Shown: positions 23,139-31,863 of the stretch, piece after piece | How positions within the stretch are numbered: position 1 is the first letter of the stretch | How the letters are laid out: every line of letters starts with the position of its first letter | From: Acidobacteriota bacterium | GTDB taxonomy: Bacteria > Acidobacteriota > Thermoanaerobaculia > Gp7-AA8 | Assembly (NCBI GenBank): GCA_021325515.1 | Contig: JAJPHC010000001.1 | Location: 68,248 to 132,247 of the forward strand | DNA length: 64,000 nt | Direction: 5' to 3' | The notes under the pieces: model-generated | Databases searched by the model: none | Told to the model about the DNA's origin: nothing | The model's input: the letters and a program-made list of their open reading frames with translations, nothing else | Translations under genes and position numbers: made by a program

Positions 23139-26100
23139 TTGTCCTTCGCAGCATTTGGGAAATCTATTCTCTGCTCTTCCTTCGTGGCAGTATCCGTCTT
23201 CGGGTCATACTTACCAACGCCATTCAGCTTTGTGATCGTATAGATAGGTAAGTGAGTCGCGTGCGCCACCTTGCGGTCACCTTCATCATCTGGCAACTGC
23301 GTCCGGTCCTGGACTGGATGCGTATGAATGATTGCGACTGTGTTAGTCGGTATCGCTGAGCCTTTCTTTAGGCTTAGGCTGTTGCTCTCGTGCGTCTGTG
23401 GCCATCTAACGCAACCATACTTGCCAGTTTGCGGGTCTAATGTGATCCATGCAGCCTGTTCCTGAGGCTTCATACCCCATCCAGATTTCTCCCACAAATC
23501 CTTGATCATCTCTTGAACATGGGGGTCAGCTGTTAGCTGATCAAGCCCAGACGGGTCTATGAAGTTGATTGGGTCATTGCCAACATAGACATAAAGGTCG
23601 CCGTCATCGCCAGCAAAGCGAATCGGGTCTTTGGCCGTCCATCTCCCGACTTGCGGGTCATAGTCTCTAGCGCCAAACCGGATTAGACCTGTATCTTTGT
23701 CGCGCAGCCCTCCCGCGAATCCGAAGGGTACAAGACTAGAACCTTCCTCTGAAAGAACGTTGCCGAATTCGTCGAACGTCATCGTCGCGACGACCGTGCC
23801 CGTTCCGCTTTCGATGACGTAGCGCGGGCTCCCCAGGTGATCGGTCACGATGCGGTACGTCACACCATTCGCGATCATGTAGTCGGGAACATTCGCACGC
23901 GAGCCATACACGAACTGCTTCGTGACTGTGCCAGTTCCATCGGTCTCGGCCACGATCCGCAACTGGTCTGCATACAGCCAGCCGGTCGTCAGCACTCCGT
24001 TGACCTTCTTGCCGACTCTGCGGTTCTGCGCGTCGATCACATAGTCGATCCGTCTGCCGTCGGGCAGCACGACCGTGCGCAGATTGCCCAGCGTGTCGTA
24101 CGTGTACGTCGTCGTGCCGTTCACGTCCGTCTTCGTCGCCAGCTCGCCGTTGCTCGTATAGGTGTAGGTCACGCCATGGAGCGAGAGCAGGCGGTCCTGA
24201 TCGTCATATGTCCCACCGGCGCGGTTGCCGTTCGCGTCGTAGGTGTAGCTCGCGGTTCGCTGCCCGTCATGGCTCACCGCCGCGAGATGGCCGGCTTCGT
24301 CGTACGTGTAACCGGTCGTTGAACTGTGACCGCCGGTCGATTCGACGATCTGCGTGATCCTTCCCGCATCGTCGCGCGTGTACTCCTCGCGCAGCGCTTC
24401 CGATCCGTTCAGCGTCACGGCATACGTCATCGGCTCACCGAGTTCATTGTACGTCCAGGCGTCGCTCACGATTCCGAGCGTGGTTCCTGTGAGCATTCCG
24501 CTCTGCGCATCGCGCTTCAAGGTGAGCGCACCGGCGCCCGTCAAAAGATCGTCCGCGTCGTAGCTGAGGGTGATCCCGTTCTCGGAGGCGAGGCGCACAT
24601 CGCTGTCGTAGGTGTAGCCAACGGAGCCGCTCACCTCGCCCGTCCACGACTGCGATGTCAGCATCGATCCGTCGTAACCGTACGCCGTCGACACGCCGCT
24701 CGAGTTGCTGACCGACGACAGCCGTCCCAGCGCGTCGTAAGTATTCGTGAGCGTTGTGTCGGGCGTGGTCAGTGTGGCCAGTCGTCCCGCCGTGTCATAG
24801 GCGAAGGCGATCGTCTGTGCGTCGGGCCGGGTGATGAGGGTGAGTTGCCGGTCTTTGTTGTAGGCGTACTTCGTGATTCCGCCGTTTGGCACTGCGGGCG
24901 GCGTGTATTGATTCGTCAGACCGATTGCCGTGAATGTGAACCCATGCGACGGCCGGGAGGGAGGCGTCACCGAGGTGAGATTGTCATCCTCGTCGTAGGT
25001 GAAGCCGATCGTTCGGCCGCCCGGCAGCGTCTCGCTCGTGATCCGGTTCGCCGCGTCGTATTCGAAGATGGCCGTCCGGTGCAGCGAGTCGGTGATCGAT
25101 TGCACGCGATCGAATCCGTCGTAGGCGAAGGTCGTCGTCCTGGTTCCCTGACTCAGCGTTGCAGCGCGGCCGCGCGTGTCATACGTGACCGAGATGCCGG
25201 CAAGGGACGGGAGCTGATACAGCACCGGGCGGCCCTTCGCATCCAGCGTCGCGGACGATTGGCGGCCCAGCGGGGATCTCGCGGTCAACTGACGCGTTGC
25301 AGCGTTCCACGCACTCGTCCACGTACGGCCGTTTATTGTGAAGGATTCTGTTTGCGCCGTCATCGACAGGACATCGTTCGGGTTCGCCAGCGTAGTCGTG
25401 CGAGCCTCGCTCGTCGTCACGGTTTTCGACCCGTTCACGATGACCGATGACGCCAGCGGGGCGAGCATGCCCCAGCGAACGTCCGCAGCGTCTGTGCTCA
25501 TTGCGCTGCCCAGTGCCGACGTCACCGATGTCGTTCCTGCATAGAACCGTGTGGTAACCGGCAGCCCGTCGGACCCGGTGTGCGTGTGCTGTTCGACTCC
25601 TGCGGCATCCACCGCCGTCGCGAACGTGTCGATTCTACTTTCGGCGGTCGTTCTCTGGACGCTGAAGGTCTGCCCCGTCCCGGAGCGGGTGAGGCTGATG
25701 AAGCCTCCTAGCGGATCATTGTCCCTTTGGAGGAGGCCGTTCTCGTCGTATGTAAACGTGTGTACTCCACGGCGGCGGTCCGTCAATTGAGACAGCAGGC
25801 CGTTCGCGTCGTAACCGAAATCATAGTGCGAGCCTCCCGGCTCGGTAATCTGCGTCAGGTAGCCATTCGAGGTCGTGAGAGCGGTACGTTGGCCATTCGG
25901 AGCAACGATGCCGGTGACGTCTCCTGCGGTATTTCTTTCGATTGTCGTCACGAGACCGTCGAGGTCCGTGATGCTCGCAGGATTGCCATTGGCGTCGTAT
26001 CCGAGAGTCTCCAGCGTCACGTTCGTCAACGTGTCGACCGTGCGGGTGTGACGCCCGCCTTCGAAGACGTAGGCCACCGACCCGTCTTCCGATGGGATCA

Positions 26101-29100
26101 CCGTCGCCGACGCGCTCCTGATCGGCGGGAGCGACGAGGATGCTTTGCGGATCTGCTCGAACCACCAGTCGAGGATCACCACGCTGCCATCAGCCATGAT
26201 CTTCGCTTCCTGCGGAGAACAGAGCATATAGCCGCGTGAGACGCCGATGGCCGCAAGGCTCGCGCCCGTATCGCATTGTCCCGTGCCCGCGAACGCGACC
26301 TGCGCGCCGTCCGGCGTGATCTCCCAGACGCGTCTGCCGTTGATGTCCGTAAGGAGCACGGTTCCGTCATTCGCGACCGAGATGCCGTGTGGATCGAAGG
26401 CACCACGGCTCGCCCCCGTGGCGATGTGGAACACGCGTCCGTCCGGCGTCATTTTCCCGGCAATGGTGTCGTTCGCGAAGTACACCGTCCCATCGCTGCC
26501 GATCGCAACTCCGGAGATCGTTCCAAGCATCACCGAGCTCGCGGGAACACCGTCGTCGAAATCTGTCAGGGCTCCGCTCGCGGAATACTGTCCGGCGATC
26601 GTGTGCAGGATGCCGTCGATACCCACCTTGAAGATCCGCCCCATGCTGCCAATGTAGAGCGAACCATCGGGTCCGAGCGCCAATGAGTACGGCGTAATCG
26701 CGCGGCTCGTCGCCTGAACGCCTTCCGGCTCGCCGCCTCGCTCATACTGATCGTTACCCGCCGCCGTCACCCATTTGCCATTGACGATTGCGCGGACTCG
26801 CGAGCCCTCCACCATGTACAGCGTTCCGTCTGGACCGAGTGCGATCTGCCAGGGATCGATCGGATTGCCGAGCACATCGAAGCCATCCGCTGTGAAGCCG
26901 CGCCGTCCTGATCCGGCGATATCGACGGTCGTGCCGTCGGAGAAGCGCCGTTTGAGCTTGTACCGATCGGAGAAGTAGAGTGAGCCATCGGGAGCAGGCG
27001 CCATCGTCCAGAGATCGGCTGTGGTGCTCCCGGTGGTTAGAGTCCCGATGGCTGTTTCATGCGTCTGCAGCGGATCCGCGGCGCGCTCATGGCCATCCGG
27101 CTCATAAAGAGCGCGGCCGATGCCGTCATAGAGCCTCTGGCCGGAGAAGCTCCACCCTCCAAACCCAGCGCCCGCAGCGTCGTAGTGTCCAAGGAAGATT
27201 TGTTCCTCATCCGTCAGCTTGAAGTCGCCCGCGCGCTGAATCGCTGCGGCGATCCAGTCGCTCGGCACATCCCAGCCGGGCACGGCCGTCGTCGGGGTGT
27301 AGAGCATCGGGTAGACATACGTCACCGTGATGTCCGCGACCCGCGCGCCCTGAACGGCGCGGCCGAAACCATCGCGTCCATCCCAGGTGAAGGTGTACGT
27401 CTGATTCGGTTGAGGAGGGAACGAGAGACGGTGATCTTCTCCAGCAATCACGATCTCGAGATCGATGCGCTTCAGAGAAGCCGGCACAGTCGCACCTGAG
27501 AGTTCGATGTCCGTCGTGTATCGGACCTGTCCTGCGCGTGAGCTGTCGTATTCGAGCGAGTAAGGGGTTCCCTGGATCGATATCGATTCACCAAGGGTCT
27601 GATTGGCGCAATCAATTACGGACCAGCCACGGAGTCGGCAAGTGGCCCGCGTCTTACCGGCGCGCAAGCCCTTCCCTTTCGCTCGTTTCGGAGCTCTCGC
27701 ATCTGCAGGCGCGTGTAAGGCGAGATTCACGTCCCACGGCGTGAAGTGATCGATCGAGCTTCGCCAGAGCGACTTTCCGGGCGCGTAGAGCGAGCCGAGA
27801 GTCCGCAACTCGGCGTCGTCGATCCCGAGTTGAAGGAGCGAGACCGCACTGTCAACTGCTCCGTCGCCATCTGCATCGATGGCAGCGACGCCATTGTTGA
27901 TACTGATGATTCTGATAACGCGCGCGTTGTTGGCCGACATCCATGTGCTCTTCGCGCGGTCGTAGTATCCGACCGGAATCTGTGCGCCGCCGGGGATTCC
28001 GAGGAAGTTGTCCGTGTACATGGCGAGCGGTTTCGCAAACTTCACGTTCCCCGCCGGCACTTCGTCCGCGCCCAGCTCGACGCAGTACGTGTATCCGGAA
28101 TACGGCGGCAATGCTGCAGGCATTGCGCTCGGACCATTCGCGCCGACCGTGTACTCTGTCGCGCGGATGTGGAGCACTGAGGCAGTGGCCGTACCGCTCG
28201 TGGTCGTCACCGTTGCGGCTTCGTTTGCCGGAATGATCAGTGTCGCGGTTCGTATGCCGTCAGCGTCGTTGGTCTGGGAACCACGTGCGACTTGTACCGA
28301 GGGATTGCCCATCGACACGAGAGTCACGTTGGCGTCGTAGGACACCAGGACGACGTCATCGACGATCTTCTGTTCGTTCCAGAGCGAGCTAACCATCCGC
28401 TGCGCTTCGATCCAGCCGCTCTTGCGGTAGACGAGCGTGACGGTGCCGCCACCGTTGATCACGAGATCGAACACTCCATCCGCGCGCGTGAACGTGTGGC
28501 CGAGCTCAGGATGATTCGCAATCGTAATCTCGACGCCCGAAAGCGGTGCGCCGTCGCGCCCGTGGACGCTGCCTCGAACCGTCGTCAAGCGATCGTCGAC
28601 GATCGCGTTCGCGGCTACATTCGTCTGCACGGCATTCGAGCCGCTGTAGAGGAATCGAAATTGATCGGCGAACGGCTGCACGATCGTCCGATCGATCGTC
28701 GTTGGGATCAGGACGGGAATCGTCGCAGGCTGAATCGCGATCGTCTTCGAGGCCGTGAATCCGTTGAAGGTCGCTGTGATCGTCGCACTGCCGGCGGCAC
28801 GTCCCGTGACGAGACCCCTCACGACGGTCGCGACGCCGGCGTCCGAGGTGGTCCAGGTCGCTTGTGCGGAGACGTCCGTCCCGGAACCGTCGCTCATCCG
28901 CGCGATCGCGTTCATCGGAATCGCGGCATCCTGATCGAACGAGACAACGGGCGAAGTGAGCTCGAGCGCGTTGTACGCCGCGACCGTGAAATCCGTCGCG
29001 CTCGTTGCCGTGCCTCCCGCCGTTGTCACACTGATCCGGCCTGTCATCGTGCCGCTGGGTGCCGTCACGACGAGCTGTGTGTTCGTTACGGTTGTCACCA

Positions 29101-30754
29101 CCGCAACGCGTCCGCCGAAGGAGACGACGTCACCCGAGGGGTCGGTATCGAAGTTCGCGCCACCGATTGTGACGACGGTCCCGGACGCGCCTTGCATTGG
29201 AGAGAAGGTCGCAATGATGGGCGCCGCGAAATCGGTGAACGCGGACGGCTTCGTCGCCGTGCCTGCGTTCGTCGTCACTGTAAGGTCCACCGTACCGGCT
29301 GGGAGAGGGGGAACGACGGCGGTGATGGTGTTGCTGGTGACGGTCGTCGCACTCGTCGCCATCGCGCTGCCGAATTTCACGGTGGCGCCCGCGATGAAGT
29401 TCGTACCGGTGATCGTCACGACGTCACCGGCTTTCCCCTTACGCGGCGACACGGTTGCGATGGTTGGCGGCGGTGCGGTCGAATAGGCGCCCGTCAAAGT
29501 TGCGCTGCCGCCGGGCGTCGTCGCGACGACATCGAACACACCGGCGTTCAGTGCGGGGGTCGTTGCGACAATCTCCGCCGAGGTCAGGTAGAAGACGCCG
29601 ATCGCGTTCGTGCCGCCAAAGGTGACCTGCGTCATACCCGGGACGAACCCGCTGCCCAGGAGATGTACCTCGGTGCCGCCGGTGGTTAGACCGGAGCGAG
29701 GGTTGATCTTTGACAGAGAAACCGTCGAATCGATCCGGCGCAGTGCGTCGTTTCCCGTGTCGGCGACATAAATCGCACCCGCGAATGCGACTCCGCCAGG
29801 CTCGCGAAACTGCGCAACAGACGTTTGACCGTCGCTATAGCCGGGCTTCGCGAGACCGGTGACCGTGGATACAGTCACCGAAGTGCCGTTCAGCGTGATT
29901 CGGCGAATCGCGTGATTCTTCGAATCAGCCACGAGGACGTTGCCTGAGTCGTCGCAGGCAATCCCCGAGGGCTCCTTGAGCTCCGCCAGATTGCCGGCAC
30001 CATCGGCGTAGCCGCCGTGGCCCGTTCCTGCGAGCGTGCTGACGACGCCGGCCCGAAGGACGCGGATCATGTTGTTCTTCGTATCGGAGATCAGGAGCGA
30101 TCCGTCGGGTGCGATCGCCACTCCTTCAGGTTGTTTGAATTGAGCCTTGCCAGCTGGTCCGTCCGCCAGCCCTTCGTGAACGTCTCCGGCGAGCGTCGTG
30201 ACTGCACCAGCGGGTGTGATCTGCTTGATTCGACTATTTCCGGTATCAGCGACATAGATCACGCCAGTTGCATCAACGGCGATGCCGGATGGCTGCTTGA
30301 ATGCTGCCTGCACACCCGTTCCATCGCGATCCTCGGGCTTGCCTGAGCCGGCGAGAGTGGTCGTCACGCCATCGAAGGTCACGGCGCGGATGAGATGATT
30401 TCCGCTGTCCGCAACATAGATGATGCGGCGGACCTCATCGATCGCCACTCCGGCTGGTTCTTTGAGCTCAGCCTGTGTGCCGCTGCCGTTTGCATTGCCC
30501 GGTTTTCCGCTTCCCGCGAGGATAGTGACCGCGCCCGCCACCGAAATTCGAAGCAGGCGGTGGTGTGCTCGATCAGCGACGATGATGTCGCCAGTCTTGT
30601 GAACAACCGCCAGCGCTGCGGGAGATTTCAGGATGTCGTCACCCTTTTTTGAAGCGACGACAGTCGTCACGGATGTGAACGAGGTCTGAGCCGCGGCAGC
30701 GGCCGCGAAGAGTGATCCGGCGATTACTGCCAGAAGAGCGGAACCACGAACCAT
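23123..30754 (-). CDS. secreted Rhs/YD-repeat polymorphic toxin with teneurin-like architecture (2543 aa)
   Basis: Sec signal MVRGSALLAVIAGSLFAAAAAAQ. Six NHL blades (~30640-29720). Three IPT/TIG domains (~29715-28985; INPRSGLTTGGTEVHLLGSGF, VSPRKGKAGDVVTITGTNF, FSPMQGASGTVVTIGGANF). Big_2-like domain (ATWTTSDAGVATV). Carboxypeptidase-regulatory/TTR-like domain (GSVHGRDGAPLSGVEITI, ~28620-28350). A ~450-aa unassigned region. A second six-bladed NHL-like propeller (~27000-26170). YD repeats (GYDANGNPASITD onward, ~26050-23550). Rhs core end PINFIDPSGL. A 140-aa C-terminal domain (23126-23545). Confidence 0.92.
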   Translation of the reverse strand: MVRGSALLAVIAGSLFAAAAAAQTSFTSVTTVVASKKGDDILKSPAALAVVHKTGDIIVADRAHHRLLRISVAGAVTILAGSGKPGNANGSGTQAELKEPAGVAIDEVRRIIYVADSGNHLIRAVTFDGVTTTLAGSGKPEDRDGTGVQAAFKQPSGIAVDATGVIYVADTGNSRIKQITPAGAVTTLAGDVHEGLADGPAGKAQFKQPEGVAIAPDGSLLISDTKNNMIRVLRAGVVSTLAGTGHGGYADGAGNLAELKEPSGIACDDSGNVLVADSKNHAIRRITLNGTSVTVSTVTGLAKPGYSDGQTSVAQFREPGGVAFAGAIYVADTGNDALRRIDSTVSLSKINPRSGLTTGGTEVHLLGSGFVPGMTQVTFGGTNAIGVFYLTSAEIVATTPALNAGVFDVVATTPGGSATLTGAYSTAPPPTIATVSPRKGKAGDVVTITGTNFIAGATVKFGSAMATSATTVTSNTITAVVPPLPAGTVDLTVTTNAGTATKPSAFTDFAAPIIATFSPMQGASGTVVTIGGANFDTDPSGDVVSFGGRVAVVTTVTNTQLVVTAPSGTMTGRISVTTAGGTATSATDFTVAAYNALELTSPVVSFDQDAAIPMNAIARMSDGSGTDVSAQATWTTSDAGVATVVRGLVTGRAAGSATITATFNGFTASKTIAIQPATIPVLIPTTIDRTIVQPFADQFRFLYSGSNAVQTNVAANAIVDDRLTTVRGSVHGRDGAPLSGVEITIANHPELGHTFTRADGVFDLVINGGGTVTLVYRKSGWIEAQRMVSSLWNEQKIVDDVVLVSYDANVTLVSMGNPSVQVARGSQTNDADGIRTATLIIPANEAATVTTTSGTATASVLHIRATEYTVGANGPSAMPAALPPYSGYTYCVELGADEVPAGNVKFAKPLAMYTDNFLGIPGGAQIPVGYYDRAKSTWMSANNARVIRIISINNGVAAIDADGDGAVDSAVSLLQLGIDDAELRTLGSLYAPGKSLWRSSIDHFTPWDVNLALHAPADARAPKRAKGKGLRAGKTRATCRLRGWSVIDCANQTLGESISIQGTPYSLEYDSSRAGQVRYTTDIELSGATVPASLKRIDLEIVIAGEDHRLSFPPQPNQTYTFTWDGRDGFGRAVQGARVADITVTYVYPMLYTPTTAVPGWDVPSDWIAAAIQRAGDFKLTDEEQIFLGHYDAAGAGFGGWSFSGQRLYDGIGRALYEPDGHERAADPLQTHETAIGTLTTGSTTADLWTMAPAPDGSLYFSDRYKLKRRFSDGTTVDIAGSGRRGFTADGFDVLGNPIDPWQIALGPDGTLYMVEGSRVRAIVNGKWVTAAGNDQYERGGEPEGVQATSRAITPYSLALGPDGSLYIGSMGRIFKVGIDGILHTIAGQYSASGALTDFDDGVPASSVMLGTISGVAIGSDGTVYFANDTIAGKMTPDGRVFHIATGASRGAFDPHGISVANDGTVLLTDINGRRVWEITPDGAQVAFAGTGQCDTGASLAAIGVSRGYMLCSPQEAKIMADGSVVILDWWFEQIRKASSSLPPIRSASATVIPSEDGSVAYVFEGGRHTRTVDTLTNVTLETLGYDANGNPASITDLDGLVTTIERNTAGDVTGIVAPNGQRTALTTSNGYLTQITEPGGSHYDFGYDANGLLSQLTDRRRGVHTFTYDENGLLQRDNDPLGGFISLTRSGTGQTFSVQRTTAESRIDTFATAVDAAGVEQHTHTGSDGLPVTTRFYAGTTSVTSALGSAMSTDAADVRWGMLAPLASSVIVNGSKTVTTSEARTTTLANPNDVLSMTAQTESFTINGRTWTSAWNAATRQLTARSPLGRQSSATLDAKGRPVLYQLPSLAGISVTYDTRGRAATLSQGTRTTTFAYDGFDRVQSITDSLHRTAIFEYDAANRITSETLPGGRTIGFTYDEDDNLTSVTPPSRPSHGFTFTAIGLTNQYTPPAVPNGGITKYAYNKDRQLTLITRPDAQTIAFAYDTAGRLATLTTPDTTLTNTYDALGRLSSVSNSSGVSTAYGYDGSMLTSQSWTGEVSGSVGYTYDSDVRLASENGITLSYDADDLLTGAGALTLKRDAQSGMLTGTTLGIVSDAWTYNELGEPMTYAVTLNGSEALREEYTRDDAGRITQIVESTGGHSSTTGYTYDEAGHLAAVSHDGQRTASYTYDANGNRAGGTYDDQDRLLSLHGVTYTYTSNGELATKTDVNGTTTYTYDTLGNLRTVVLPDGRRIDYVIDAQNRRVGKKVNGVLTTGWLYADQLRIVAETDGTGTVTKQFVYGSRANVPDYMIANGVTYRIVTDHLGSPRYVIESGTGTVVATMTFDEFGNVLSEEGSSLVPFGFAGGLRDKDTGLIRFGARDYDPQVGRWTAKDPIRFAGDDGDLYVYVGNDPINFIDPSGLDQLTADPHVQEMIKDLWEKSGWGMKPQEQAAWITLDPQTGKYGCVRWPQTHESNSLSLKKGSAIPTNTVAIIHTHPVQDRTQLPDDEGDRKVAHATHLPIYTITKLNGVGKYDPKTDTATKEEQRIDFPNAAKDKCACQ

Positions 30755-30831
30755 GCAGAAGCTCCTGCAGGCGCACGAGGTGTGCGCGCTGAAACATTTG
30801 ATTTTTGATGGAACTACCCGAGGGAGGCGCG

Positions 30832-30861
30832 AAGAATAGGGAGGGTCTGGCTCGAAGTCAA
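30832..30861 (-). promoter_or_regulatory. candidate sigma70-type promoter for the Rhs gene (TTGACT-N18-TATTCT on the minus strand)
   Basis: -35 at 30861..30856 and -10 at 30837..30832, ~80 nt upstream of the Rhs ATG. Sequence match only. Confidence 0.25.
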
Positions 30862-30936
30862 GACGGAGAGGTGGAAGAAACCTGATTTGTCAGATTCTTC
30901 ACGGAAAATTGAGAGGCCGCGGAGAGCGTAGCCGGT

Positions 30937-30958
30937 CTACGCCGCGCGGTAATCGCTC
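30937..30958 (+). repeat. right copy of the 22-nt direct repeat CTAYGCCGCGCGGTAATCGCTC
   Basis: See 21631-21652. This copy spans the stop codon (minus strand) of the anti-sigma gene. Confidence 0.6.
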
Positions 30959-31389
30959 TCGTCGACGACTAACAGAAGGATGCACCCTTCCTTGCTGACG
31001 ACGTTGCCGTGCGTCTCGCCGGCGTCGACCATGTGGAAGTCGCCCTTGCTGATGCAGACCGAGCCGATGCAGCAGCTTCCCTCGAGCACGAACGTCTGCT
31101 CGTTGCCCTGATGGTGATGCTCGGGCAGTTCCGCGCCGGGCTGGAAGCGCATCAGCAGCGTGACGGTGCGGCGCTCCGGATCGCGCGACAGCCGCTTGAT
31201 CTCGACGCCCGCAACCACCGGCTTCCAGCGCCCTTCCGCCGAGCGGATCGTGACGCTGTTCTGCGGCGTGTGGCGGATCGCTTCGAGGATGCTGGCGCGA
31301 ACGCTCGCAGGAGGAGCGACCGGCTCGATCGATTGCGCGATCAGCTCGTCGATTGCAGCGATTTCTTCGAGTGCCACAGGGTCGTTCAT
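30937..31389 (-). CDS. ChrR-like cupin-domain protein, putative anti-sigma factor
   Basis: 150 aa. C-terminal cupin (LLMRFQPGAELPEHHHQGNEQTFVLEGS..GDFHMVDAGETH). Lies 9 nt downstream of an ECF sigma gene. I see no HxxxCxxC zinc motif in the N-terminus. Confidence 0.6.
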   Translation of the reverse strand: MNDPVALEEIAAIDELIAQSIEPVAPPASVRASILEAIRHTPQNSVTIRSAEGRWKPVVAGVEIKRLSRDPERRTVTLLMRFQPGAELPEHHHQGNEQTFVLEGSCCIGSVCISKGDFHMVDAGETHGNVVSKEGCILLLVVDESDYRAA

Positions 31390-31398
31390 GAGTAACCT

Positions 31399-31782
31399 TT
31401 ATCGCAACTGCTGGCGGAGCTCGGTGATTCCGTCCCGAAGCATCCGCCTCACCTCGCGCTCTTCAAGCCCGTGCGTCCGGGCAAGATCAGAGGCCGTTCG
31501 TCCCCGGAAAAAGGCCTCTTCCACCAGTTGTCGAGCGGTTGGTGGACCTCCAACCATTGGATCTACGGACGCCGCGCGCGTTTGGTCTTGTCCCGCCAGG
31601 GCCTGGTTCCGGACGGTGCGGAGGAGCCAGGCTTCCGGCGATCCGAACCGCGCGTCATAGCCGCGAAGCATGGCGAACGTCTCTTCCAAAGCGCGTGCCG
31701 CCGCGTCGCGATTGCCGGCAATTCGCAATGCGACCGCGAACAACTGCGCCGCGTGGCGATCGTAAAGGGCGGTCAGATCCAT
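31399..31782 (-). CDS. short ECF-type sigma-70 family factor (127 aa)
   Basis: Region-2-like LYDRHAAQLFAVALRIAGNRDAAARALEETF..PEAWLLRTVRNQAL and region-4 HTH-like RTASDLARTHGLEEREVRRMLRDGITELRQQL. Confidence 0.55.
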   Translation of the reverse strand: MDLTALYDRHAAQLFAVALRIAGNRDAAARALEETFAMLRGYDARFGSPEAWLLRTVRNQALAGQDQTRAASVDPMVGGPPTARQLVEEAFFRGRTASDLARTHGLEEREVRRMLRDGITELRQQLR

Positions 31783-31863
31783 TCGCGGGAGATTCTACCC
31801 GACGCCCGCCGCCTTTCCCCTCACCCGGGGCGGGGAGGCGAGGGGCGGTGTTAACGTCTGATC

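Noticed and set aside
24326-25450. 374-aa plus-strand ORF, and similar ones at 28292-29689 and 57693-58853, inside the giant minus-strand genes
   Set aside because: These are antisense artefacts with Arg-rich, motif-free translations. The opposite strand encodes continuous YD / IPT / InlB-like repeats.
23123-30754. Assignment of the Rhs toxin to a T6SS/T7SS or Tc-toxin delivery system
   Set aside because: There is no PAAR, VgrG, Hcp, LXG/WXG or TcA/TcB-like gene or domain in the window. The protein has a Sec-type signal peptide. The delivery route is left open.
31805-31850. GC-rich imperfect hairpin (CCGCCTTTCCCCTC ... GAGGCGAGGGGCGG) in the sigma / DUF502 divergent spacer, considered as a fourth heptamer-arm element
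   Set aside because: Only ~11/14 complementarity and no clear period-7 register. It could be a weak structure or chance in GC-rich DNA.
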